64,000 nucleotides of DNA from the NCBI GenBank assembly GCA_016210205.1, contig JACQUO010000023.1, forward strand, positions 3,788-67,787, read 5' to 3'. Shown in pieces: positions 21,339-29,571 of the stretch. The notes beneath the pieces were generated by a model that was given only the letters and a program-made list of their open reading frames with translations, did not search any database and was not told the origin of the DNA. Every line of letters starts with the position of its first letter. Position 1 is the stretch's first letter. Origin of the DNA: Chloroflexota bacterium. GTDB taxonomy: Bacteria > Chloroflexota > Dehalococcoidia > JACQUO01. A program made the position numbers and the translations under genes.

Positions 21339-22118
21339 ATGAAGATAGCCATCGCCGGCAAAGGGGGCGTGGGGAAGACCACCCTGGCCAGCCTTCTGGC
21401 CCGGCTTTACGCTCAGCGGGGGCATAAGGTGCTGGCCATCGATGTGGACCCCGACTCCAACCTGGCCGGAGCCCTGGGCATCGCTCCGGAGATAGCCCAG
21501 AAGATAGTCCCCATCGCAGAGATGAAGGAGCTCATCGAGGAGCGCACCGGGGCCAAGCCCGGCACCACCGGGGGCATGTTCCGTCTCAACCCCCGCGTGG
21601 ATGACATCCCCGATAGATTTTCCGCCAGCATCGACGGGGTGCGGCTCCTGGTGCTGGGCACGGTGAAGCACGCCCTCTCCGGCTGCATCTGCCCGGAAAG
21701 CGCCCTCATTGATGCCCTGGTGCGCCACCTGGTCCTGGGCCGGAAAGAGGTGGTCATCCTGGACATGTACGCGGGCATCGAACACCTGGGCCGGGGCACC
21801 GCCGGGGGCGTTGACGCCTTCATCATCGTGGTGGAGCCGGGAAGGCGCAGCCTCCAGACCGCGGAGAGCATCCGGCATCTCGCCGGCGGCCTGGGCATCA
21901 AACACACTTTTGTGGTGGGCTGCAAGACCCGAAGCGAGGCCGAGCGCCAGTTCATTCGAGACAACATGAAGGACTTCCCCATCCTGGGGTTCATCAACTA
22001 CAATACCGGCATCATCGACGCCGACCTGCAGGGACGCAGCCCCTACGAAGTTGATACTACAGCGGTGGCAGAAGCGCGGGCCATCATGGCTCGCCTCGAG
22101 GAGGCCGTCAAGGCCTGA
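21339..22118 (+). CDS. CooC/MinD-family P-loop ATPase (CO-dehydrogenase maturation factor-like)
   Basis: A deviant Walker A (IAIAGKGGVGKTT) and a CxC motif (SGCICPESA) typical of CooC-type nickel-insertion ATPases are present. Confidence 0.7.
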   Translation: MKIAIAGKGGVGKTTLASLLARLYAQRGHKVLAIDVDPDSNLAGALGIAPEIAQKIVPIAEMKELIEERTGAKPGTTGGMFRLNPRVDDIPDRFSASIDGVRLLVLGTVKHALSGCICPESALIDALVRHLVLGRKEVVILDMYAGIEHLGRGTAGGVDAFIIVVEPGRRSLQTAESIRHLAGGLGIKHTFVVGCKTRSEAERQFIRDNMKDFPILGFINYNTGIIDADLQGRSPYEVDTTAVAEARAIMARLEEAVKA

Positions 22119-22180
22119 AGGGTGAAGAGGGCTCGGGGACTGGAGGCCAGGCCTTTAATACCATATTGAGGAGGGCCCCC

Positions 22181-23386
22181 ATGGCGAAAAAGACCATCCG
22201 AGACGAGCGCATCCGGGGCAAAAGGGCCCTGGTGAGGGTGGATTTCAATGTCCCTCTGGAACCTCAAACGGGCGCCATCCTCGAGGACCTCCGCATCAGG
22301 GCCTGTCTCCCCACCATTAAATACCTCACCCAGCGGGACTGCAAGGTAATCCTCTGCTCCCACCTGGGCCGCCCCGGAGGGAAGGTGGTCGAGAGCCTCC
22401 GCCTGGCCCCTATCGCCGACCGCCTCAAGGACCTGCTGGGCCACCCCGTGGTCTATGTCAAAGAGACCGTCGGCCCAGAGGTTGAGCGCAACCTGGAGCA
22501 CCTGGGGGCGGGCGGGGTCATGCTGCTGGAGAACCTCCGCTTCCACGCCGAGGAGGAGAAGAACGACTCCACCTTCGCTTTCCAGCTAGCCCGCCTCTGC
22601 GATGTCTTCGTCAACGACGCCTTCGCTACGGCCCACCGCGCCCATGCCTCCACCGCCGGCGTGGCCGCCTACCGCCCGGCCCTGGCCGGGCTCCTCATGG
22701 ACAAGGAGCTGACGGCGCTGGGGGCCCTGCTGGGCAACCCCACCCGCCCCTTTGGCCTTCTGCTGGGGGGGATTAAGGTCAGCGACAAAATCGCCCTTTT
22801 GGAGAACCTCCTCCCCAAAATCGACATCCTGCTCATCGGTGGGGGGATGGCGGCTACCTTCCTAAAGGCCAAGAATCTCGGCGTGGGCTACACCCCCGTG
22901 GAGTCAGACCGACTGGACTTCGCCCGTCAGCTCCTCAGCCGCGCGGCCCAAGGGGGCGTCCACATCGAGATGTCGCGAGATGTGCTGGTGGCCTATGGGC
23001 CCCCTCCCGGGGCTGACCACCAGAAGGTCTCCGTGCTGCGGATTCCGCCCGGGAGCCAAATCATGGACATCGGCCCCCGGACTATCACCACATTCCAGCA
23101 GCAGCTCCACAAGTGCAGCACCGTCCTCTGGAACGGGCCCGTGGGGGCGTTTGAGTACCCCGCCTTCAGCGTGGGCACCCGGGCCATGGCGGAATGCATT
23201 GCTAACCTAACCTCCCTGACGGGAGCGACAACGGTAGTCGGCGGCGGCGAGACCACCGCTGCCGTCGAGCGCATGGGCCTTGCCTCCAAGATGACCCATA
23301 TCTCCACCGGAGGCGGGGCCACCCTGGAGTTCCTCGAAGGCAAGACCCTGCCCGGGGTGGCCGCGCTCCAGGACAAGCGGCCCTAG
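22181..23386 (+). CDS. pgk: phosphoglycerate kinase
   Basis: RVDFNVP and CSHLGRPGG PGK signatures are present. An RBS (GAGGAGGG) precedes the ATG at 22181. Confidence 0.9.
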   Translation: MAKKTIRDERIRGKRALVRVDFNVPLEPQTGAILEDLRIRACLPTIKYLTQRDCKVILCSHLGRPGGKVVESLRLAPIADRLKDLLGHPVVYVKETVGPEVERNLEHLGAGGVMLLENLRFHAEEEKNDSTFAFQLARLCDVFVNDAFATAHRAHASTAGVAAYRPALAGLLMDKELTALGALLGNPTRPFGLLLGGIKVSDKIALLENLLPKIDILLIGGGMAATFLKAKNLGVGYTPVESDRLDFARQLLSRAAQGGVHIEMSRDVLVAYGPPPGADHQKVSVLRIPPGSQIMDIGPRTITTFQQQLHKCSTVLWNGPVGAFEYPAFSVGTRAMAECIANLTSLTGATTVVGGGETTAAVERMGLASKMTHISTGGGATLEFLEGKTLPGVAALQDKRP

Positions 23387-23580
23387 CGGGCTACGGAAAA
23401 AGGGGTGTCCAGAGGAGCGAAGCCCCCTTTGCTGGGCGGTCTAGGGACAGGAGCCGAAGGAGAAGAGGATAGACACACATGAAGTCGTCCCGAAATTCCC
23501 TCGGGGGTATCCCCAGTCCGCTGCCAGCGGGAGAAAGGGGCATCCCTCAAACATCTTCTCTCCCCTCCCGTAAGGATGGA

Positions 23581-23710
23581 GTGCAGGATAGGCAAGGGCT
23601 GCAGAGGCATAGCCCCTGCCGGGGGTATGGGGGGTCCCCCCATGCTGCTTCTTTCCCCCGCTCCCTTGGCAAGGGCGCGGGGGACACAGGGGAGAGGGTT
23701 TTGAGATGAG
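23581..23710. repeat. GC-rich palindromic intergenic repeat, copy C (divergent)
   Basis: CCCCTGCCGGGGGTATGGGGGGTCCCCC ... GGGGAGAGGG hairpins of the same architecture as copies A, D and E. Confidence 0.5.
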
Positions 23711-23736
23711 TTCGTTGTGAGAGGAAACCTGCTTCC

Positions 23737-24936
23737 GTGATGACCCTGGAGGAGCTGACCAGGCTGGCCAAGCCCACCCCTTCGAAAATCCTCGTCCTCC
23801 TCATCGACGGCCTGGGCGGGCTGCCCCATCCCCGCACCGGCCAGACGGAGCTGGAGACCGCCTTCACCCCCAACCTGGACCGCCTGGCCCAGGGCGGCAT
23901 CTGCGGCCTCACGGAGCCGGTGAGCCCCGGCATCACCCCCGGGAGCGCCCCCGGCCACCTGGCCCTCTTCGGCTACGACCCCCTGAAGTTCCCCATCGGG
24001 CGGGGCATCATGGAGGCCCTGGGCATCGATATGGAGGTGGGGCCAGAGGATGTGGTGGCTCGGGGCAACTTCTGCACCGTGGATGCTCAGGGCATCGTCC
24101 GCGACCGCCGCGCCGGGCGCATCAGCACCCAGGAGTGCGCTCGCCTCTGCGGACTTCTGGGCGGGCTGGGCCTGGAGGGCGTCACCGTAGTCCCCGCCGC
24201 CGAGCACCGCTTTGTCCTCCGCCTTCGGGGCCGTGGCCTCTCGGCGGAGTTGGCCGACACCGACCCGCGCCAGGAGGGCCTGCACCCCAAGGAAACCCTG
24301 GCCCTCTCCCCCCCAGCGGCCCGCACGGCTACCCTGGCCAACGAGTTCGTGCGGCGGGCTCGGGAGGCCCTGGCGGGGGAGCACCCCGCCAACATGGTGC
24401 TGCTGCGGGGCTTCTCTCAGCTGGCCCACCTGCCCTCCATGCGCGATGTCTTCAAGCTCAACCCCGCCATCGTCGCCGGCTACCCCATGTACCGGGGGCT
24501 GGGGAAGCTGGTGGGCATGAAGGCGGTGGCCACCGGAGGGAGCCCGGCTGAAGTCGTGTCGGCGCTGGAAGGCCTCTACCAAGACCATGACTATATGCTG
24601 ATTCACATCAAGGGTGCCGACCTGGCCGGGGAGGACGGCGATTTTGAGGCTAAAGTGCATATCTTAGAGGTGGTGGACTCTCTGGTGCCACGCCTCACGG
24701 CCCTCAAGCCCGAGGTTCTGGCGGTCACCGGCGACCACTCCACCCCGGCCTTGCTCAAGGGCCACTCCTGGCATCCCGTCCCCTTCCTGCTGTCATCGCC
24801 TTGGTGCCGCCCCGACGGCGTGGCCCAGTTCGGAGAGAAGGCTTGCGCCCTGGGAGGCCTGGGGCGATTCCCGGCCCTCGAGGTCATGCCCCTGGTCCTG
24901 GCCCATGCCCTCAAACTGGACAAATACGGAGCCTAG
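23737..24936 (+). CDS. apgM: 2,3-bisphosphoglycerate-independent phosphoglycerate mutase, archaeal type
   Basis: ~400 aa with the ApgM family N-terminus (ILVLLIDGLGG) and a metal-binding phosphopentomutase-like fold. Located between pgk and tpiA. Confidence 0.8.
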   Translation: MMTLEELTRLAKPTPSKILVLLIDGLGGLPHPRTGQTELETAFTPNLDRLAQGGICGLTEPVSPGITPGSAPGHLALFGYDPLKFPIGRGIMEALGIDMEVGPEDVVARGNFCTVDAQGIVRDRRAGRISTQECARLCGLLGGLGLEGVTVVPAAEHRFVLRLRGRGLSAELADTDPRQEGLHPKETLALSPPAARTATLANEFVRRAREALAGEHPANMVLLRGFSQLAHLPSMRDVFKLNPAIVAGYPMYRGLGKLVGMKAVATGGSPAEVVSALEGLYQDHDYMLIHIKGADLAGEDGDFEAKVHILEVVDSLVPRLTALKPEVLAVTGDHSTPALLKGHSWHPVPFLLSSPWCRPDGVAQFGEKACALGGLGRFPALEVMPLVLAHALKLDKYGA

Positions 24937-24964
24937 TTTCCTTTCATGTCATCAGGATGCCATA

Positions 24965-25074
24965 CAGGGGTGCAGGGGGCAGCGCCCCCGCCAGGGGCCT
25001 GGGGGTGTCTCCCAGTCATCCTCTTCCTCCCCCCTCTCTTGCAGGAGAGGGGGCCAGGGGATGAGGCATCCCCT
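24965..25074. repeat. GC-rich palindromic intergenic repeat, copy D
   Basis: Roughly 85% identical to copy E over ~110 bp. Made of three hairpin modules. Confidence 0.7.
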
Positions 25075-25133
25075 TGGGAGAGAACAAGGGTAATGTAGCC
25101 TCATTTGGGTGACGCGACACTAGGAGGCAGAGC

Positions 25134-25892
25134 GTGCGTATCCCCATCATCGCCGGCAACTGGAAGATGAACACCACCGTAGCCGAGGCGGAGAGCCTGG
25201 TGCGGGAGATGAAACCTCGCCTGGAGGCCGTCGCCGGGGTGGAGCGTGTGCTCTGCCCCCCCTTCGTCTCCTTGGCCTCCGTGGCGGCCCTCCTGCGAGG
25301 CTCCAGCGTCAAGCTCGGCGCCCAGAACCTCTACCATGAGGACAAGGGCGCCTTCACCGGGGAGATTTCCCCCCTGATGCTGGCGGGCCTCTGCCAGTAT
25401 GTCATCGTGGGCCATTCCGAGCGGCGCAAATACTTCGGCGAGGACAACGCCGCCGTCAACCGCAAGGCCCAGGCCGCCCGCCGCGCCGGGCTGGTGCCCA
25501 TCGTCTGCGTGGGGGAGACCCTGGCGGAGAACGAGGCCGGGCGCACTCGTGAGGTTATCGTGGGGCAAGTGCAGGGGAGCCTGGCGGGCCTGGAGGGGCC
25601 CCTGGTGGTGGCCTACGAGCCGGTCTGGGCCATCGGCACGGGGCGGGCGGCCACCGCGGCGCAGGCCAACGCCACCATCGGCCTCATCCGCCGCACCCTG
25701 GCGGCCCTCTTCGGGGCGGCTCGCGCCCAGGAGCTCCCCATCCAGTATGGCGGCAGCGTCACCGGGGCCAACATCGCCGAGTTCATCGCCCAGCCGGAAA
25801 TCGATGGCGCCCTCGTGGGCGGCGCCAGCCTCAGGGCGGGGGACTTCATCGCCATCGTGGAGCAGACCGCTCGCCTCAAGGGGGTACGCTAG
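25134..25892 (+). CDS. tpiA: triosephosphate isomerase
   Basis: IIAGNWKMN, VIVGHSERR and AYEPVWAIGTG signatures are present. GTG start. Confidence 0.9.
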   Translation: MRIPIIAGNWKMNTTVAEAESLVREMKPRLEAVAGVERVLCPPFVSLASVAALLRGSSVKLGAQNLYHEDKGAFTGEISPLMLAGLCQYVIVGHSERRKYFGEDNAAVNRKAQAARRAGLVPIVCVGETLAENEAGRTREVIVGQVQGSLAGLEGPLVVAYEPVWAIGTGRAATAAQANATIGLIRRTLAALFGAARAQELPIQYGGSVTGANIAEFIAQPEIDGALVGGASLRAGDFIAIVEQTARLKGVR

Positions 25893-25989
25893 AGGCGGTT
25901 CGGAAATCTCCTTGGGAAGTGCCGTGGGGCCACCACCCTCTGGCAAGGGCTTGAGACCCCTCGCTCTGCTCAGGGTGACATGCGGTCAC

Positions 25990-26098
25990 CAGGGGTGCAG
26001 GGGACGGCGTCCCCTGCCGGGGGTTCTGGGGGTGTCCCCCTAGTAGCTTTCAACTCTTCCCCCTCTCCCCCAGGGAGAGGGGGCCAGAGGGTGAAGGC
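25990..26098. repeat. GC-rich palindromic intergenic repeat, copy E
   Basis: Direct-repeat partner of copy D on the other side of tpiA. Confidence 0.7.
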
Positions 26099-26181
26099 CA
26101 GCGAGGGACGGCAGTGGCCGTGCCTGTGCCGCCCTCATGACGGCGTTTGAAGTGCCCAGGGGCCTTGCCCCGGGGAGGACT

Positions 26182-27111
26182 ATGCCCCCCCTCATCGCCA
26201 TCGTCGGCCCCACGGGCGTGGGCAAGAGCGCCCTGGCCCTGGCCCTGGCCCAGCGCCTGGGAGGCGAGATTATCGGGGCCGACAGCCGCCAGGTCTACAA
26301 GCACCTGGACATCGGCACCGCCAAGCCCACTCCCGCCGAGCGCGCCGTCGTCCCCCATCACCTCATCGACCTGGTGGAGCCAGACCAGGAGTTCACCCTG
26401 GCCCACTACCTGGAGCGGGCGCGCCAAGCCCTCGCCGCCGTCCACTCCCGGGGCGCCCTGCCCCTGCTGGTGGGGGGCACAGGACTTTACATAAAGGCTA
26501 TCCTGGAGGGCTGGAGCGTCCCCCTGGTGGCCCCGGACTGGGGGCTGCGCCGCTCCCTGGAGCAACGGGCGGAGGCCCAGGGCCGCCTGGCCCTCTGGGA
26601 GGAGCTTCAGCGCCAGGACCCCCAGGCGGCGGCGTCCATCGACCCCCGCAACCTCCGGCGGGTCATCCGGGCCCTGGAGGTGCGCGCCGCCACCGGCCGC
26701 CCCTTCTCGGAGCAGACCGGCCGGGAGCCGCCGCCCTTTCGCGCCTTGACCCTGGGGCTCACCGCAGCCCGTCCCCTCCTCTACCAGCGCATCGACCAGC
26801 GGGTGGAGGCCATGCTGGCGGCGGGCTGGCTGGAGGAGGTGCGCGTGCTCCTGGCGCGGGGCTATGACCCCTCCCTGCCCGCACTCTCCGGCCTGGGCTA
26901 CCGCGAGCTCGCGGCCCACCTGCGCGGGGAGCTAACCCTGCCCGAGGCGGTAGAGCGCATCAAGTTCCGCACCCACCGCTTCGCCCGCAGCCAGTATGCC
27001 TGGTTCCGCCTCGCCGACAAGGATATACGCTGGTTCAATCTTGAGGACAGACCAGGGGACAAAATGATAGAATTAGCCGAAGGGTTCATCAGGGAGGTGC
27101 GCGATGAATAG
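26182..27111 (+). CDS. miaA: tRNA dimethylallyltransferase
   Basis: A P-loop (IVGPTGVGKSALAL) and a DSRQVYK motif are present. An RBS (GGAGGA) precedes the ATG at 26182. Confidence 0.9.
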   Translation: MPPLIAIVGPTGVGKSALALALAQRLGGEIIGADSRQVYKHLDIGTAKPTPAERAVVPHHLIDLVEPDQEFTLAHYLERARQALAAVHSRGALPLLVGGTGLYIKAILEGWSVPLVAPDWGLRRSLEQRAEAQGRLALWEELQRQDPQAAASIDPRNLRRVIRALEVRAATGRPFSEQTGREPPPFRALTLGLTAARPLLYQRIDQRVEAMLAAGWLEEVRVLLARGYDPSLPALSGLGYRELAAHLRGELTLPEAVERIKFRTHRFARSQYAWFRLADKDIRWFNLEDRPGDKMIELAEGFIREVRDE

Positions 27112-27253
27112 ATTTCTCCTCGGAATCTTCTTCGGCTTGCTTCTAGCGAAATACGGGCCCAAGCTCGTGGAGCAGCTCCGGGAGCGCTGCCAGGAGGCCA
27201 TGGAGGCCCACCGACAGCCCCTGGCTCCCGCGAAAGAGGAGGCACGGCCATAG
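27104..27253 (+). CDS. small hypothetical membrane protein (49 aa)
   Basis: The ATG overlaps the miaA stop codon. The N-terminal hydrophobic helix is MNRFLLGIFFGLLLAKYG. Below the ORF-track length cutoff; unverified. Confidence 0.3.
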   Translation: MNRFLLGIFFGLLLAKYGPKLVEQLRERCQEAMEAHRQPLAPAKEEARP

Positions 27254-27279
27254 CCAGCGCCGGGCTGGACTTCGTCAAG

Positions 27280-28122
27280 ATGCAGGGCGCAGGGAATGAC
27301 TTCGTGGTCATCGACGCCCGCGCCCGTGAGGAGGACTGGCCCCGCCTGGCCAAGGCCCTCTCCGACCGCCACTTCGGCGTGGGGGCCGACGGCCTCCTCT
27401 TGGTGTTGCCATCAGACAAGGCCGGCTTCCGCATGCGCATCTTCAACCCCGACGGCTCCGAGGCGGAGACCTGCGGCAACGGCCTGCGCTGCTTCGCCAA
27501 GTTCCTGGCAGACCGCGCCCTGGCCGGCGACGAGCAGACTATCGAGACTATCGCGGGCGTCGTCGCCGCCCGCATCCTGGACCGCCAGGGGAGCTACGCC
27601 CGCGTCCGCGTGAGCATGGGCGCACCGGAGCTGGCCATGGCCGTGCCCCGGCCCGGCTTCGGCGCTCGCGCGGGGGACGACCCCGGCGAGGCCAAGCCCC
27701 TGATTGACTACCCCCTGCGCACCACCGACTGGGAGTTCCCCGTCACCTGCCTGTCCGTGGGCAACCCCCACGCCGTCCTCTTCCTGGACGAGCCGGTGCA
27801 GTCCTTCCCGCTGGCGGAGATAGGCCCCGTGGTGGAGAACCACCCCTTCTTCCTGCCCGCCCGCACCAACTTTGAGGTGGTGAACCTGCTGGGCCCGGCC
27901 CAGCTCCAGGGGCGGGTGTGGGAGCGGGGCGCGGGCGAGACCCTGGCCTGCGGCAGCGGGGCTTGCGCCATGATGGCGGCGGCCCGCCTCCACGGCTATG
28001 TGGGCGACCGCGCCGATGTGCAGCTCCCCGGCGGCCTCCTCACGGTGGAGTGGGACGGCGCCGGCGAAATCTATCTCACCGGCCCCGCGGTGACGGTCTT
28101 CGAGGGACGATGGGTGGGGTAG
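27280..28122 (+). CDS. dapF: diaminopimelate epimerase
   Basis: GAGNDFVV and two catalytic Cys regions (ETCGNGLRC, ACGSGACA) are present. Confidence 0.9.
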   Translation: MQGAGNDFVVIDARAREEDWPRLAKALSDRHFGVGADGLLLVLPSDKAGFRMRIFNPDGSEAETCGNGLRCFAKFLADRALAGDEQTIETIAGVVAARILDRQGSYARVRVSMGAPELAMAVPRPGFGARAGDDPGEAKPLIDYPLRTTDWEFPVTCLSVGNPHAVLFLDEPVQSFPLAEIGPVVENHPFFLPARTNFEVVNLLGPAQLQGRVWERGAGETLACGSGACAMMAAARLHGYVGDRADVQLPGGLLTVEWDGAGEIYLTGPAVTVFEGRWVG

Positions 28123-28189
28123 GGGTGCAAATTTAAAGGAGCGCTTTACATATAGAAGCGGAGGGTTGTGTCTTAGAGGGAGGAATAGA

Positions 28190-29548
28190 ATGCCACAGCG
28201 AGAGGACAAATACGAGCAATGGGGGGAGTCCGAAGAAGAGGATAACATCATACTAAGTGTACCGCTAGAATATCGCGAGATCAAAGCACAGGAGACCAAA
28301 TTAACGGTAGAAGACTTATGGAACAAATACAAACAACGTTTATTAAACTTGGAGCCAGACTTTCAACGCCATTACGTTTGGGATTCAACTAGAGCGAGTA
28401 GATACATAGAGTCTTTATTATTACAATTCCCTACGCCACCAATTTTCCTGGCCGAGGAAAAAGATGGGACATTAATCGTCGTTGATGGGCACCAACGTCT
28501 GGAGACGCTATTCCGCTTTATGAAGCCTCTACTCAGCGGTCCCTCAACATCAAGTGGAGTACAACTTCCTTATGGCTCCTTATCTCCGCTCAATCTGACA
28601 GGTCTCGGAGTTTTAGGAGAGATGGAAGGCAAGGGGGTTGTGTCGCTTTCGGACGCTAACAGGAAGAAATTGTGGGATACGAAACTTACTGCTCTTATAC
28701 TTCCTCAGTCATTGCATCCCGAGGTGAAATATGCGCTATTCACGCGATTGAACCAAGGTTCAATGAGCCTAAATAACCAAGAGATCCGGAACTGTCTCTA
28801 TCGGGGAGCATACAACCAGTTAATCGCTCGACTTAGTGAAGGCACGCAGTTTCTGTCTCTCTGGGGCAAAAGCTACCCAGATAAAAGGATGAGGCATCGT
28901 GAACTGGTGCTACGTTTCTTTGCGTTCCTGCATCGGATAGGCAAGTATAAGACGCCGTTCAGAGCCTTTCTAGACCAGGAAATGGAAGATAATCGAGATC
29001 TAAGCCCAGAAGAACAGCAGCGATTTCAGCAGCAAATGGATGTTGCCATGCGCTGGGTCAGAAGGGTTTTCGGGGGGCAGGTGTTCAAGCAATTTCTGGT
29101 CGGGAATGCAGATGCTCCCGCTGGGCGCTGGGTAAACCGACGCTACGACCTTATCTATGATGTGGAAATGGTCGGGTTTGCTAACTATGGAGACTCGCTC
29201 GACAAATGGTGGGGCCAGGCTAGTGCAGAAGAGCAGACCCTATTAACCCGTGTCCTTAACCGCAATTTAGCAGGGATAATGACGGATCAAGGCTTCGTAG
29301 GCAGTATTAATCAGGGCACAACCCTACCAAGGACTGTCGAACTTCGGTTCGATATGTGGCTCAGAGAAGTGCGCCGTATCACTCGTGAACCGGAGAGAGC
29401 GCTTGAAGAAGGAAAGGAATTACTTCAAAGCTTAAGCCAATCTAATATCTGTCCTAGTTGTGGGCACCCCATTATGTTTGAAGATGCAACTCGGCGATAT
29501 ATTAGAGGAGGCCTCAAGGTGACCCATCGATTCTGTGGTAGAACATAA
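28190..29548 (+). CDS. DUF262 (GmrSD N-terminal / ParB-like NTPase) domain protein with C-terminal zinc ribbon
   Basis: DUF262 motifs are present: DFQRHYVWD, VVDGHQRLETL and LNQGSMSLNNQEIRN. The C-terminus carries CPSCGH...THRFCG. The gene sits in a ~45% GC patch with a GGGAGG RBS 7 nt upstream of the ATG at 28190. Confidence 0.75.
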   Translation: MPQREDKYEQWGESEEEDNIILSVPLEYREIKAQETKLTVEDLWNKYKQRLLNLEPDFQRHYVWDSTRASRYIESLLLQFPTPPIFLAEEKDGTLIVVDGHQRLETLFRFMKPLLSGPSTSSGVQLPYGSLSPLNLTGLGVLGEMEGKGVVSLSDANRKKLWDTKLTALILPQSLHPEVKYALFTRLNQGSMSLNNQEIRNCLYRGAYNQLIARLSEGTQFLSLWGKSYPDKRMRHRELVLRFFAFLHRIGKYKTPFRAFLDQEMEDNRDLSPEEQQRFQQQMDVAMRWVRRVFGGQVFKQFLVGNADAPAGRWVNRRYDLIYDVEMVGFANYGDSLDKWWGQASAEEQTLLTRVLNRNLAGIMTDQGFVGSINQGTTLPRTVELRFDMWLREVRRITREPERALEEGKELLQSLSQSNICPSCGHPIMFEDATRRYIRGGLKVTHRFCGRT

Positions 29549-29571
29549 CCAACTCATAGGAGCAAAGCCCC

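Noticed and set aside
20464-21905. 286-aa and 205-aa minus-strand ORFs
   Set aside because: They are antisense to the TPP enzyme and CooC genes.
23383-24660. 425-aa minus-strand ORF
   Set aside because: It is antisense to apgM and runs through repeat copy C. It has no homology.
25101-26919. 281-aa and 289-aa minus-strand ORFs and a 214-aa +1 ORF
   Set aside because: They are shadows of tpiA and miaA, and are partly generated by the GC-rich palindromic repeats.
27412-28332. 306-aa minus-strand ORF reaching into the DUF262 island
   Set aside because: It is antisense to dapF. Its 5' part lies in AT-rich DNA only because the frame happens to stay open.
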